64,000 nucleotides of DNA from Candidatus Heimdallarchaeota archaeon (GCA_016839945.1 JAEOTE010000090.1:32001-96000), one strand, 5' to 3'; positions 29,272 to 39,706 are shown, counted from the stretch's first letter. Made by a program: numbers and translations. The notes: generated by a model not told the origin, from the sequence alone.

Positions 29272-30237
29272 ATGAAGCCAATCCAACCCAGTGCTAGTGT
29301 TTATAACCTTGGAGAAAAATATGGTTATCTCCCTTATATGATTGATAGATATATTGAGATATTTGGAGAGGAGGAAACCACAAAGTTGCTTCATTTCTAT
29401 GAATCAGAACTACCTAAAATAATTAGATTAAACTCTTTAAGATCGCCATATTCTAAAACCGTGGAATTACTTACAAATAAGGGGGTAGAACTAAAAGACA
29501 TACTAGGCATTGAAGAAGGAAAGGAAGTTGTAAGTTCTCTAGTTCCTATTGGAGCAACTCCTGAATACCTAAATGGTTACTATTTTTTGCAAGGAAAAAA
29601 CTCAATGTACCCTTCTCTAGTACTCAATCCCAAGAAACAGGAACTTGTAGGTGATTTTGCTGCAGCTCCAGGAGGAAAAACTACTCATCTAGCTCAATTG
29701 ATGGAAAATGAGGGAAATATTTTTGCTTTAGAATTAAGCTTGAAAAGATGTAGAAGCCTCAAAGCAAATCTTTCTCGTATGGGAGTTAAAAATACTACCG
29801 TTTTTCAAATGGATACAAGGGAAGTAACAACCCTTGGTATAGAGTTTGATAAAATTCTTTTAGATGCGCCTTGTTCGGGATCAGGGGTAATTAGTTCAGA
29901 TTATACAAGAAAATCTTCTAAAACGCTAGATGACATAATGAATTACCATGAGTATCAAACATCTCTTTTATCTAGTTCTTTAGAAGTACTGAAAACAAAT
30001 GGAAAGCTTGTTTATTGTACCTGTTCGCTTGAGCCTGAAGAAAATGAGTTTGTTATTTCTAGAGTTTTGGATAAATGTGATATTGAATTGGTAGAGATTA
30101 ATATCGACGGAGATAGAGGATTAGAAAAATTCCTACAATATGAATTCCATGAAGATATAGTAAAAACAAAAAGGCTCTATCCTCACAAGACTGGTGGAGA
30201 GGGGTTCTTTATAGCAAAAATGGTGAAAAATAGATGA
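29272..30237 (+). CDS. NOL1/NOP2/RsmB-family RNA m5C methyltransferase
   Basis: GATPEYLNG, AAPGGKTTHL, LLDAPCSGSG, YCTCSLEPEENE, GFFIAK. Confidence 0.93.
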   Translation: MKPIQPSASVYNLGEKYGYLPYMIDRYIEIFGEEETTKLLHFYESELPKIIRLNSLRSPYSKTVELLTNKGVELKDILGIEEGKEVVSSLVPIGATPEYLNGYYFLQGKNSMYPSLVLNPKKQELVGDFAAAPGGKTTHLAQLMENEGNIFALELSLKRCRSLKANLSRMGVKNTTVFQMDTREVTTLGIEFDKILLDAPCSGSGVISSDYTRKSSKTLDDIMNYHEYQTSLLSSSLEVLKTNGKLVYCTCSLEPEENEFVISRVLDKCDIELVEINIDGDRGLEKFLQYEFHEDIVKTKRLYPHKTGGEGFFIAKMVKNR

Positions 30238-30782
30238 AAAGAACTTATCCAGTCTTTCGTAAATCATCTAACGAAGAAGAAAAGCTTGTTAAGGAAACTT
30301 TTGATTATTTTCTTGACAAAGAATCCACCAATCCACTTGATAACTACCATTTATGGACCAAGGAAGGAAAAATAAAAGAGATATATGCAATCCCTGAAGA
30401 AACAAACAAATTATTGCAGAACATGAACAAACCTATTTATTCATCTGGAATCCCATTGGGAAGTATCTTTCAAAATAAATTTCAATTAGAAATTGAAGGC
30501 GCTCATCTAATATTGCCACTCACTAACAAAATCATAGAAATTAAAACAGAACAATTTCTTTATGGAAAACCTATTTTTGTTGAAAATATAGAAAACTTCG
30601 AAACAAGCTTTGAAGAGGGAGATCTATTAATAATTGTGGGTAGAAACAAGCTTCATTATGGTATCGGCATCTCTAGAATTAGTTCGAAAAACATACAAGA
30701 TGCTAAAAGAAATGCGATTTTAATTAAGGAATTTGAAAAGAAACCAAGAGACAGAGGATGGTACCTGAGATACGGAAATTAA
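30234..30782 (+). CDS. NIP7-like PUA-domain ribosome biogenesis protein
   Basis: EQFLYGK, C-terminal DRGWYLR; coupled to the NOP2-like gene by an ATGA overlap. Confidence 0.75.
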   Translation: MKRTYPVFRKSSNEEEKLVKETFDYFLDKESTNPLDNYHLWTKEGKIKEIYAIPEETNKLLQNMNKPIYSSGIPLGSIFQNKFQLEIEGAHLILPLTNKIIEIKTEQFLYGKPIFVENIENFETSFEEGDLLIIVGRNKLHYGIGISRISSKNIQDAKRNAILIKEFEKKPRDRGWYLRYGN

Positions 30783-30957
30783 TGATAAAGTTTCTCTAAA
30801 TATATTCATTTATTACTAAAGTTGATTATTTAGTGAAAACAAGAGATAACAAAAAATATTTAAATATAGTTTGAAGCGTTAATTTAGTTTTATCAACGTT
30901 ATTTACAAATATGAGGCTTCATTCTGTTGCATATTTGTTCTATGATAAAAATAAGGG

Positions 30958-32877
30958 TTGGACATATTGAGCTATAAAGAAGTATTAGAGCAGATTTCCG
31001 CAGACATACATGAAGAATTACCTGATAATTCCGAGATAAGTAGAATCGAATTTGAAGGTCCTGAAGTTGCAGTTTATTCACGAAATCCAAAAGTTTTAGT
31101 TGATGATGAAACAATAATCAAAGAACTTGCAAAGAAATTAAGAAAAAGAATTGTTATTAGATCAGATCCAGATGTAAGACTCCCAAAAGACCAAACAATA
31201 TATCTAATAAACGAACTAGTAGGGAAGGAAGGAGAAATTACTACAATAGATTTTGATGAGCTAGTTGGTGAAGTTGTAATTGAAGCACTTAAACCTGGTG
31301 TCATTATTGGAAAATCTGGTGATATGTTAAGATCGATTATTTCAAAGACTCTTTGGCGACCTCGAGTAATGAGAACACCACCAATTGAATCAAAAGTGAT
31401 AAAAACTATTAGACATCTCTATCAGAAACATTCAAAGAAAAGGCAAGATATACTTCGAGTTATTGGAAAACGTATTCATAGACCTGTTATTTACAGAGAT
31501 GACACAATAAGAGTAACAGCTTTGGGAGGTTTTGCTGAAGTAGGTAGGAGCGCTGCTCTAGTTCAAACTGGAGAGAGTAGAGTTCTAGTAGATTGCGGAA
31601 TCAATGTAGGAAGCAATACACCAAACAACACTTTTCCAAGGTTTGATTTACCTGAATTTGACATAGAAGAATTGGATGCAGTGGTGGTTTCCCATGCACA
31701 TTTAGATCATTCGGGTTTTGTTCCATATCTCTTTAAATATGGTTACAAAGGCGCAATTTATGCCACACGACCAACAAGAGATTTAATGACAATGTTACAA
31801 ATTGATTATTTGGATGTAGCTAACAAAGAAGGAAAAACTCTTCCTTATGAACAAGATGACATTCGTGAATCTGTATTGCATACAATTGTTTTAGATTATG
31901 GTGAAGTCACAGATATCACACCAGACATAAGATTAACTTTTCATAACGCAGGACATATAGTTGGAAGTGCAATTCCACACCTTCATATAGGTGAGGGGAT
32001 CTATAATCTTGCGTTTGCTCAAGACATAAAATATGCAAAATCAAATCTTTTAGATCCTGCTAATTCAAGATTTCCAAGACTAGAAACTCTTTTCATTGAA
32101 TCTACATATGGAAAACCTCAAGACATTCTTCCCTCTAGAGCTGAATGTGAAGATTTACTAAGAAACGTAGTATTCGACACGATACAAAAAGGAGGGAAGG
32201 TTCTAATTCCAGTATTAGCAGTGGGAAGAGCTCAAGAGGTATTAGTAATTTTGGAAGGGATGATGAGAAATGGAAAAATACCAAACATTCCAATATATAC
32301 AGATGGGATGATTAGAGAAGCTTCTGCAATAACAACTGCTCATCCTGAATTCTTATCAAAGAATCAGAGGGAAAGAATTTTTCACGAAGGTCAAAACCCT
32401 TTCCTTGCAGAACAAATAAATCAAGTTGCATCATCTGAAGAAAGAGATTTGATAATTCAAGGAGATCCAGCAATAATACTTGCGACTAGTGGAATGCTTA
32501 ATGGAGGACCAAGTGTTCTTTACTTCAAAGCATTATGTCAAGATCCAAACAACTCTTTGATTTTTGTGAGTTATCAAGGAAAAGGTACTTTAGGAAGTAA
32601 AATCCAAAAAGGCATAACTGAAATTCAAATGGTTGAAGAAAGAAAAACAGTAATGTACCATATTGCTATGGGGGTTCATAGTATCTCTGGTTTTACAGGA
32701 CACAGTGATAGAAGGGAGTTAGAAAATTATATAAACAAAGTAATACCAAAGCCTGAAAGAGTTGTAGTAATACATGGTGAGGAAAGCAAAGTCAAAAAAT
32801 TTGCATCTTGGGTTTACAAAACTACAAAAATAGAAAGTCTTGCTCCTCCAAATGGTACAACAATAAGATTAAGATAA
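30958..32877 (+). CDS. fttA: Archaeal beta-CASP ribonuclease aCPSF1 / transcription termination factor FttA
   Basis: N-terminal KH region (EFEGP, KRIVIR.DP), HAHLDH, AGH, ESTYG, GRAQE, GHSD, HGE. Confidence 0.95.
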   Translation: MDILSYKEVLEQISADIHEELPDNSEISRIEFEGPEVAVYSRNPKVLVDDETIIKELAKKLRKRIVIRSDPDVRLPKDQTIYLINELVGKEGEITTIDFDELVGEVVIEALKPGVIIGKSGDMLRSIISKTLWRPRVMRTPPIESKVIKTIRHLYQKHSKKRQDILRVIGKRIHRPVIYRDDTIRVTALGGFAEVGRSAALVQTGESRVLVDCGINVGSNTPNNTFPRFDLPEFDIEELDAVVVSHAHLDHSGFVPYLFKYGYKGAIYATRPTRDLMTMLQIDYLDVANKEGKTLPYEQDDIRESVLHTIVLDYGEVTDITPDIRLTFHNAGHIVGSAIPHLHIGEGIYNLAFAQDIKYAKSNLLDPANSRFPRLETLFIESTYGKPQDILPSRAECEDLLRNVVFDTIQKGGKVLIPVLAVGRAQEVLVILEGMMRNGKIPNIPIYTDGMIREASAITTAHPEFLSKNQRERIFHEGQNPFLAEQINQVASSEERDLIIQGDPAIILATSGMLNGGPSVLYFKALCQDPNNSLIFVSYQGKGTLGSKIQKGITEIQMVEERKTVMYHIAMGVHSISGFTGHSDRRELENYINKVIPKPERVVVIHGEESKVKKFASWVYKTTKIESLAPPNGTTIRLR

Positions 32878-32880
32878 GAA

Positions 32881-33372
32881 TTAAAAGCGAAAATTCCAAA
32901 TATCGTCTTTAAGATAATGAAGAAGTTTTACAACTTTACCTTTCTTAGTTTTTTTGAATTCTTGAGAGCTGAGAAGTGATAACCCAACACCTAAAATTGA
33001 CTCAGCTTTTTCTTCATGAATTGAAACTATTGTATTTGTTTTGATATCATTGTCAAAATGAACAATCCCTGGAGCCATAACATCAGCCCCATTTGTTATA
33101 AAACGAATAGCTCCTATATCAACAATAACTTTGGGTAAAATAGAATCTGCTTCCCTTAGATAATGAATTGTTGGAATGTACATTCCTTCATGTATAAAGA
33201 ATGAAGCTTTACCTTCTTTTATTAAGAAAATTCCTTTATCTGTTTTTATCTCCTCTATGTCTGAAGTCACTTGAAATAAATTAGAAGCAATTTCACCATA
33301 AATTTGATTTAATTTCATAAAAAACAGTTTTTTTTCTTTTTTCGATAAAAATTTTCTAGCTTTGATTTGCAT
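32881..33372 (-). CDS. DUF1947 + PUA RNA-binding protein (MCT-1/Tma20-like)
   Basis: VDIGAIRFITNGADVMAPGI, KGK...LHY..D.IW. Confidence 0.88.
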   Translation of the reverse strand: MQIKARKFLSKKEKKLFFMKLNQIYGEIASNLFQVTSDIEEIKTDKGIFLIKEGKASFFIHEGMYIPTIHYLREADSILPKVIVDIGAIRFITNGADVMAPGIVHFDNDIKTNTIVSIHEEKAESILGVGLSLLSSQEFKKTKKGKVVKLLHYLKDDIWNFRF

Positions 33373-33393
33373 GTTATTCTATCCAAAAACGCT

Positions 33394-33825
33394 CTATTGT
33401 TTTAATTTCTCTAGAATTGAGGTGTACGATTTTTTAATTGCTTCGTACCTCTCTTTGGAAGACATTCCAAGTAAGTACATTTGTTCTTCATTTTCCAGCC
33501 TTCTTGTGTATTCTTCTTTTAAAGAAGTTATGAACTGATCAATTGAATCCTTAACATTAGAAATCAAATCAACACCAGGCTCAGGTACGGTGTAGATGTA
33601 CTTTAGAGTTGGATAAGTATCAGCTTTTCTCTCAATCAAACCTATATCCAACATTTGTTTCAGATGCTTCTCAACTGCTGGTCTTGAAATTTGTAATTCC
33701 TTTGTTAGTTCATCTGCAGTAAGTTTCATATTACTCAATAATGTCAATATCTTTCTACGTGAAGCATCTCTAAAAATAGAGTAGATAACATCAACTACTG
33801 GAATCTCTCCTTTTTTGGAACTCAT
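33394..33825 (-). CDS. ArsR-like winged-helix transcriptional regulator
   Basis: SRRKILTLL, ISRPAVEKHLKQM...GLI. Confidence 0.8.
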   Translation of the reverse strand: MSSKKGEIPVVDVIYSIFRDASRRKILTLLSNMKLTADELTKELQISRPAVEKHLKQMLDIGLIERKADTYPTLKYIYTVPEPGVDLISNVKDSIDQFITSLKEEYTRRLENEEQMYLLGMSSKERYEAIKKSYTSILEKLKQ

Positions 33826-33973
33826 TTACGAGTGAAATTATTATTCCTTACTTAAATCATTGTCGGTTTAAACTGAAAGGTTAAAGCTTAAAACTAGAGC
33901 CTTTAAAGCATTACCTAATTAATTAAAAAAAAGAATATATAAAGCGATTTCAATGTAATTATGAGGTGGCAAT

Positions 33974-34876
33974 GTGAGCCAGAATGAAATTAAGATGTAT
34001 AGAGAACTATTAGATCTTCTAGAAAAAAGATATGATAATGGTGAGATTGATAAAACAAGTTATGCGGAATTGAAAGAACGTTATAATTCAAAATTAGAAA
34101 AAGTTAGAGAAGATATTGAAGTTCTTAAAGAAGCTCCTGAAATACGAGTAGCTGGTTCAAAAACAATTTCTAAAGATTCTGTAACAATTGCCGGGTCAGC
34201 AACCATTGCTGGAGGAAAAGTAATGAGAGATTTACGTATTTCTGGATCTGGTAAAATTAGTGGTGATGTTGAGTGTAAAGCACTCAAATGTTCAGGATCA
34301 GTAAAATCAATTGGTAATATTATTACTCATGGAGATATTAGATGTTCAGGAGCTTTCAAATGTGAAAAAAACGTTGAAAGTGACGGAAACGCAACATTTA
34401 GTGGATCTTCTAAGATATTTGGGGAATTAGTGATAAAGGGGAAACTTACAGCTTCAGGTTCATATAAGACAGAAAAAAACACTCAAGCTGATAAGGGGAT
34501 TAGTTTAAGTGGAGCTTCAGGTATTAATGGAAATTTAATGTCACAGAATACAATAAAAATAGCAGGCAAAGCAACAATAGAAAAAAACATTCTTTGTGAA
34601 AATCTTATTGTAGAAGGCAGAAGAACGGTTTTTGAATCTTGGTTTTTCAGAAAAAGGAAAAAACTAGTTCGTGTTATGGGAAGTATTGTTGCACAAAATG
34701 AAATTGATGTACAAGATATTGCAGTTGAAAAAAATATTAAGGGTAGAGTTGTGAAACTTGGACCAAATACTTCTGTTCATGGTAAAGTTTACTATGTTGA
34801 AGATTTATTCTTGAGTGAAGGAGTAAGTCTAGAAAAAGAACCAGTAAGAATTGGAGAAGAAGATTTGAAATTATAA
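33974..34876 (+). CDS. Bactofilin-like (polymer-forming, beta-helical) protein with N-terminal SHOCT-like helix pair
   Basis: Repeated [IC]-[SA]-G-S-x-x-[IS]-x-G-[ND]-[VIL] units; GRVVKLGPN..V.G.VYY C-terminus as in Bacillus YhbE/YhbF; SD GAGGTGG before a GTG start. Confidence 0.75.
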   Translation: MSQNEIKMYRELLDLLEKRYDNGEIDKTSYAELKERYNSKLEKVREDIEVLKEAPEIRVAGSKTISKDSVTIAGSATIAGGKVMRDLRISGSGKISGDVECKALKCSGSVKSIGNIITHGDIRCSGAFKCEKNVESDGNATFSGSSKIFGELVIKGKLTASGSYKTEKNTQADKGISLSGASGINGNLMSQNTIKIAGKATIEKNILCENLIVEGRRTVFESWFFRKRKKLVRVMGSIVAQNEIDVQDIAVEKNIKGRVVKLGPNTSVHGKVYYVEDLFLSEGVSLEKEPVRIGEEDLKL

Positions 34877-34904
34877 CCTTCTTAAACTCCTTTTTTTGTA
34901 TAAA

Positions 34905-36422
34905 TCAAAGATTGTAGAGTGTTGAAAATTTCTCTTTTAGATAGTTTATATGGTACTTTGTAGTAAGCTCTTCACCAGTAATATCCTTAACCATCTCAAG
35001 ACAATCTAAGGTACCACCTTTCTGATGTACATTTGTTTCTAACCACTGTCGAATTGGAGTAAATTTACCATCTTGTAAAGAATTTTGCCAATCAGGAAGA
35101 TCCTTAGACAGTTTTGCAGTTAATTGCGAAGAGATCAAATCACCTATTCCATAGCCAAAGAAGTAACCGTAATATTGTGAGTACCAATGCATATCTTGCA
35201 TTACTCCTAATGTATCATTTGGAACATCTACACCTAGATATTCTTTGTATTTCTCATTCCATACTTGTGGTAATTCTTTTGTTTCTATTTTTCCGGCAAA
35301 CCAATCTCTTTCTATTTCAAAACGGATTATGATATGCATGATATAAGTTACTTCATCAGCTTGAATTCTGATGAAGCCAGGATTAACGGAATTTAAGGTA
35401 AAATAGAAATCATCGAGAGAAATATCATTAAAAACATCAGTTGTATCCTTTTGGAACTTCGGATAGTAATATGTCCAGAATTCCTTTGAACTCGCTATAA
35501 TATTCTCTAAAAATCTTGATTGTGATTCACCAAAACTTGGTGATGACATACTATAAATAGGTTGATTATACCATTCCTCTTTTCCTTGTAAGCCATGAAT
35601 TGCATGACCACACTCATGAGCACCAGCAAGAAAAGCCGCCAAAACATTATCCTCATGATACTTAACTGTGACTCTTACGTCTTTAAAACCGCCACCAATT
35701 GTTAGAGGATGTTCTACTTCAGCAATGTTACCTACAGCGTTCTCTGAGAAGAAATCATACTCAAGAAATTTTGCTAGATTTTCTACCATTTGAACTTGAG
35801 ATGAACGAGGTACATTTCTACTTAGAATTGACCTATCTGGTTTAACTTCAGATTCTTCACATTTCTTAATAAAAGGAACTAAGAAAGATTTCATTTCAGC
35901 AAAAAGTTTGGTGAGATTCTTAACACCAAAACCTTTGTCTCTACTATCTATCAATGCATCGAAAGAATCACTCATATTCTTTGATTTAGCTAAGAGAGAG
36001 GAAGATTCAATATTAAGAGCATATAATTTCTCTAAATCAGGAAAAACCATCTGAAAATCAGATTTTGCTTTAGCTTTTTTCCATATTTCTAAGGTTTTGT
36101 TTGATTGAGCTGCAAGTTTTCCTACTAACTCTGATGGAAGTATTGTCCTATCATTATAGATCCGTCTAAACCGCTCAACATTTCTTTTCTCTAAATCATT
36201 GAGGGAAGAATCCTTTTCACATTTTTCTAACAAAGTTCCTATTTCAGAATGAGTTATTAAACCATGAATTTTTTGACTTATGTATTGAAACTGTTTTGTC
36301 CTATGTCCTACTGCTGCAGGGGGCATGTAAGTATTGAGATCCCAGTATAGAACTCCATTTATCGAACCTAATAATCGTATTTCTTGATATCTTTCCAATA
36401 ATTTTTCATAATCGTTTTTCAT
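34905..36422 (-). CDS. Carboxypeptidase Taq (M32) metallopeptidase
   Basis: WD..T.MP, HPL, HECGH, ESQS, IRIQADEVTY, G.MQD.HW. Confidence 0.93.
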   Translation of the reverse strand: MKNDYEKLLERYQEIRLLGSINGVLYWDLNTYMPPAAVGHRTKQFQYISQKIHGLITHSEIGTLLEKCEKDSSLNDLEKRNVERFRRIYNDRTILPSELVGKLAAQSNKTLEIWKKAKAKSDFQMVFPDLEKLYALNIESSSLLAKSKNMSDSFDALIDSRDKGFGVKNLTKLFAEMKSFLVPFIKKCEESEVKPDRSILSRNVPRSSQVQMVENLAKFLEYDFFSENAVGNIAEVEHPLTIGGGFKDVRVTVKYHEDNVLAAFLAGAHECGHAIHGLQGKEEWYNQPIYSMSSPSFGESQSRFLENIIASSKEFWTYYYPKFQKDTTDVFNDISLDDFYFTLNSVNPGFIRIQADEVTYIMHIIIRFEIERDWFAGKIETKELPQVWNEKYKEYLGVDVPNDTLGVMQDMHWYSQYYGYFFGYGIGDLISSQLTAKLSKDLPDWQNSLQDGKFTPIRQWLETNVHQKGGTLDCLEMVKDITGEELTTKYHINYLKEKFSTLYNL

Positions 36423-36496
36423 TTATTTTCATTTTCAGAAAATAAATAATATTCAAAAAGATTGCCTAAAAAAAGAAAAAATAAGATGGATACCAA

Positions 36497-37759
36497 TCAT
36501 TTGGTTCCAAGATAGTTTGCTTTACTTCCTAATTGTTCTTCAATTCGTAGAAGTTGATTATATTTCGCAGTACGTTCTCCTCTTGCAGGAGCACCTGTTT
36601 TTATTCTCTCAGCGCCTAATGCTACAGCTAAATCAGCGATGAAAGTATCTTCTGTTTCTCCTGATCTGTGAGAGATATTTATTCCCCAACCTTTACTTCT
36701 TGCGAGTTCAGCTGCTTGTATTGCTTCAGTCAATGTACCAATTTGATTTACTTTTAATAACAAGTAATTTGCGGCTTTTCTATCTATAGCCATCTGAATT
36801 CGTTTTGGATTTGTAACTGTTAAATCATCTGCTACTATTGAAGCATTGGGCAACTTAGCTAGAAGTTTTGCAAAAGAATCGAAATCATTCTCATCAAAGG
36901 GATCTTCGAGAGATATTATAGGATATTTCCCTACTAAATCAACATAGTAATCTACCAATTCATCTCCAGATAACTTTTTACCATCAACTTCATAGACACT
37001 GCTTTCATAGAATTCTGAAGCTGCAGAATCTAGTCCTATAGATATATCAACACCTGGTTTATAACCAGCATCTTTGATTGAATCAACAAGCATTTGTAAT
37101 GCTTCAGGTGCGGTATCTACTGGACTTCCAAAACCACCTTCATCCCCTAGATTTATTGCTGAGGGGCCAAATTTCTTAAGATTGTTTCTAAGAACTTGAT
37201 AAACTTCACAAGATGCTCTAAAACAATCACTATATTTTGTAAAACCATGTGGAATTAACATAAATTCTTGAATTTTTAGATTCCCTCCAGCATGTTTACC
37301 GCCATTTATAACATTAAACATAGGAACTGGTAAAGTGTTCGCATCTTTATTAAGATAGGAATAAACTGGAAGTTTTAGACTATTAGCAGCTGCATTGCAA
37401 ACAGCAAGTGAGACACCTAACATAGCATTGGCTCCTAGTTTGGATTTATTCTCAGTGCCATCCAACTCAAGCATAAGTTTGTCAATAGAAGCTTGCTCAG
37501 TTACTTCATGACCTATAATCTTTGGTGTTATCAATTGCTTTATGTTTTCAACTGCTTTTAATACACCTTTTCCGAGAAATCTTTCATCTTTATCACGAAG
37601 TTCTAAAGCTTCATGTTCTCCAGTACTAGCACCAGAAGGAACCATACCTCTACCAAAAGAACCATCATCACAATAAACATCTACTTCAATTGTAGGATTT
37701 CCTCTTGAATCTATTATTTCACGTGGAATGACTTTTGTAATCTTTGCCATGATAATCAA
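36497..37759 (-). CDS. eno: Enolase; likely start 37750
   Basis: DSRGNPT, VPSGASTG, GDEGG, LLKVNQIGT, SHRSGET, KYNQLLRIEE. Confidence 0.97.
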   Translation of the reverse strand: MIIMAKITKVIPREIIDSRGNPTIEVDVYCDDGSFGRGMVPSGASTGEHEALELRDKDERFLGKGVLKAVENIKQLITPKIIGHEVTEQASIDKLMLELDGTENKSKLGANAMLGVSLAVCNAAANSLKLPVYSYLNKDANTLPVPMFNVINGGKHAGGNLKIQEFMLIPHGFTKYSDCFRASCEVYQVLRNNLKKFGPSAINLGDEGGFGSPVDTAPEALQMLVDSIKDAGYKPGVDISIGLDSAASEFYESSVYEVDGKKLSGDELVDYYVDLVGKYPIISLEDPFDENDFDSFAKLLAKLPNASIVADDLTVTNPKRIQMAIDRKAANYLLLKVNQIGTLTEAIQAAELARSKGWGINISHRSGETEDTFIADLAVALGAERIKTGAPARGERTAKYNQLLRIEEQLGSKANYLGTK

Positions 37760-37802
37760 GGAACAAAATAATATCCTCTTATTAAGGATTTTTCAATGAA
37801 TA

Positions 37803-38795
37803 TTATGTAAAGTGTTGGAAACCTTTAACTGATAATTGATATTTACTAAATCTGTTATCACTGATTTTTATTCCTTTATTCTTTGTTGAGAATTCACCAA
37901 TTTGATAAACGGTTAGATCGAGTTTTTTTGCTGTTTTCTCTAATGAATCCTTATCAGTAGGCGCAACTGCAAAAACTAATTCAAACTCCTCTCCACCATT
38001 AAAAACTAGTTCTAAAGGATTCAAATTACTCTTTTCTACATACTCCAAAACAAGAGGATGGATTGGAACTGATGAAACATCTATACCAATATCATTTATA
38101 GAAGACAGATCAGATAAAGTATAAGATAGACCATCAGACGAATCCATGCAGATTTTTATGTTCATTTTCTTGAATAAACTAAGATATTCTTTTCTAGCAA
38201 TTGGTTTATAGACTGAATCTAATGCTTCTTCTCTTAAAGAACCTTCAACTTCTAAATCTTCAAGTACAATCTTAAAACCTATTGAAGTTAATCCGAATAA
38301 TCCTGTTGTGTATATTAGATCTCCTTCTTGCACTCCTTTTCTGGAAATGATTTCATTTTTTTCACATATACCGAATGTCGTTGCATCAATGATAATTTCA
38401 GACGATTCATTAGTATCTCCCCCAAGTAATTTACATCCATAAGTGATACATTGATCTTTCGCTCCTACAATTACCGCTTTTGCATCTGAAATAGAAAGAT
38501 TTGAAGGAAATCCTACACTAAGTAAACACCCTAAAGGTTTTGTTCCTTTAGCTATAAGATCACTAACTGACATAGTGATAGCTTTCATTCCTATTTTTTT
38601 GAACGACATTCCAGGAAGAACATCTGTTTGTTGAACTAACATATCAGAGTTAACAACAAGTAGTTTCTCAGAGGGAAGAATAAAAGCAGAAGCATCATCG
38701 TTAAAATCTAAAATCGATGTATCAACTAAGTTTGATATCAAAGACAAGAACTCTCTTTCTCCAACTTCTTTTAGTGTTTTCTCAGCATCTTTCAT
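37803..38795 (-). CDS. thiL: Thiamine-monophosphate kinase
   Basis: GE, DDA, SDL.A.G, GGDT, MDSSDGL, GGEEFEL, GFQHF. Confidence 0.9.
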   Translation of the reverse strand: MKDAEKTLKEVGEREFLSLISNLVDTSILDFNDDASAFILPSEKLLVVNSDMLVQQTDVLPGMSFKKIGMKAITMSVSDLIAKGTKPLGCLLSVGFPSNLSISDAKAVIVGAKDQCITYGCKLLGGDTNESSEIIIDATTFGICEKNEIISRKGVQEGDLIYTTGLFGLTSIGFKIVLEDLEVEGSLREEALDSVYKPIARKEYLSLFKKMNIKICMDSSDGLSYTLSDLSSINDIGIDVSSVPIHPLVLEYVEKSNLNPLELVFNGGEEFELVFAVAPTDKDSLEKTAKKLDLTVYQIGEFSTKNKGIKISDNRFSKYQLSVKGFQHFT

Positions 38796-38869
38796 TATGT
38801 ATAATCCTCAAAAATCTATTTGTATATCTACTTACTAAAGATATCGAATGTTAATAAAAGGGAATTTTG

Positions 38870-39706
38870 TTATCCAAATAAACCTATGAAGTAGAAGAAG
38901 TAAACAAACAAAGCAACTGGTATAGTTATAGATGCAAATGCATTAACCCAAGCCATTTTTCCAACTATTCTTAAGGCAATTGAGGAGTATATTATTACAA
39001 CTACCCAGAGGATAATCATTAAAATCTTGAATACCAACATTGGTGCAGAATTATACAGGTTTTCAACAAATATTCTGAAAGTAGCGAAATCAGCTGCTTC
39101 AGGAGAACCAACATTTCCTGATGGTCCCATAAGCGTAAAAAACATCCCCAGAAACTCACCTACTGCTATAGGAGCAATTGAATAACCTATGATAGTACGA
39201 TATTGTTTTGTTGTTGCTTCAGAACCCAGCATAGTTGCAAATTTAGCCATTATCCAAGTTCCTATTGAGAACAATAATTTGTACATAATCCATATCACGA
39301 ATGGCATTAATAACAAACTTACGAAGAAGAAAATTAGGTTCAAAGAAATTTCCATACTCCATGCCTCTGGGTCAGTAGCATTACCAATTATGAGAGCAGA
39401 ATAAGTAATACCTGCTTTGACCATAACAAAATAAAAACGGAGGGATAGGAATAGAGAAAAGAGTAGCAATATTATATTTCCTCCCTTTGTTTCAGTAGCA
39501 ACTCCTAGTTCTTCACTTGTTTTGAAGGGTCTTCTAAAGAAGAAATATAACCTAATAAAAACTTCTTTTAGTGATGGTCTAAAAGCGAATTTTTTAAGTT
39601 CATATTCTAGTAATCCAAAACCACAGAATGGACATACTGAGTATTCTAAAGGTACAGATTCAGTACAACTAGGGCATTTCTGTGTGTTCTCACTCATACT
39701 ACTCAT
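38870..39706 (-). CDS. Zinc-ribbon + Yip1-domain membrane protein
   Basis: CPSC...CPFCG at the N-terminus; P...F...; IIGYSIAP; about 5 TM helices. Confidence 0.65.
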   Translation of the reverse strand: MSSMSENTQKCPSCTESVPLEYSVCPFCGFGLLEYELKKFAFRPSLKEVFIRLYFFFRRPFKTSEELGVATETKGGNIILLLFSLFLSLRFYFVMVKAGITYSALIIGNATDPEAWSMEISLNLIFFFVSLLLMPFVIWIMYKLLFSIGTWIMAKFATMLGSEATTKQYRTIIGYSIAPIAVGEFLGMFFTLMGPSGNVGSPEAADFATFRIFVENLYNSAPMLVFKILMIILWVVVIIYSSIALRIVGKMAWVNAFASITIPVALFVYFFYFIGLFG

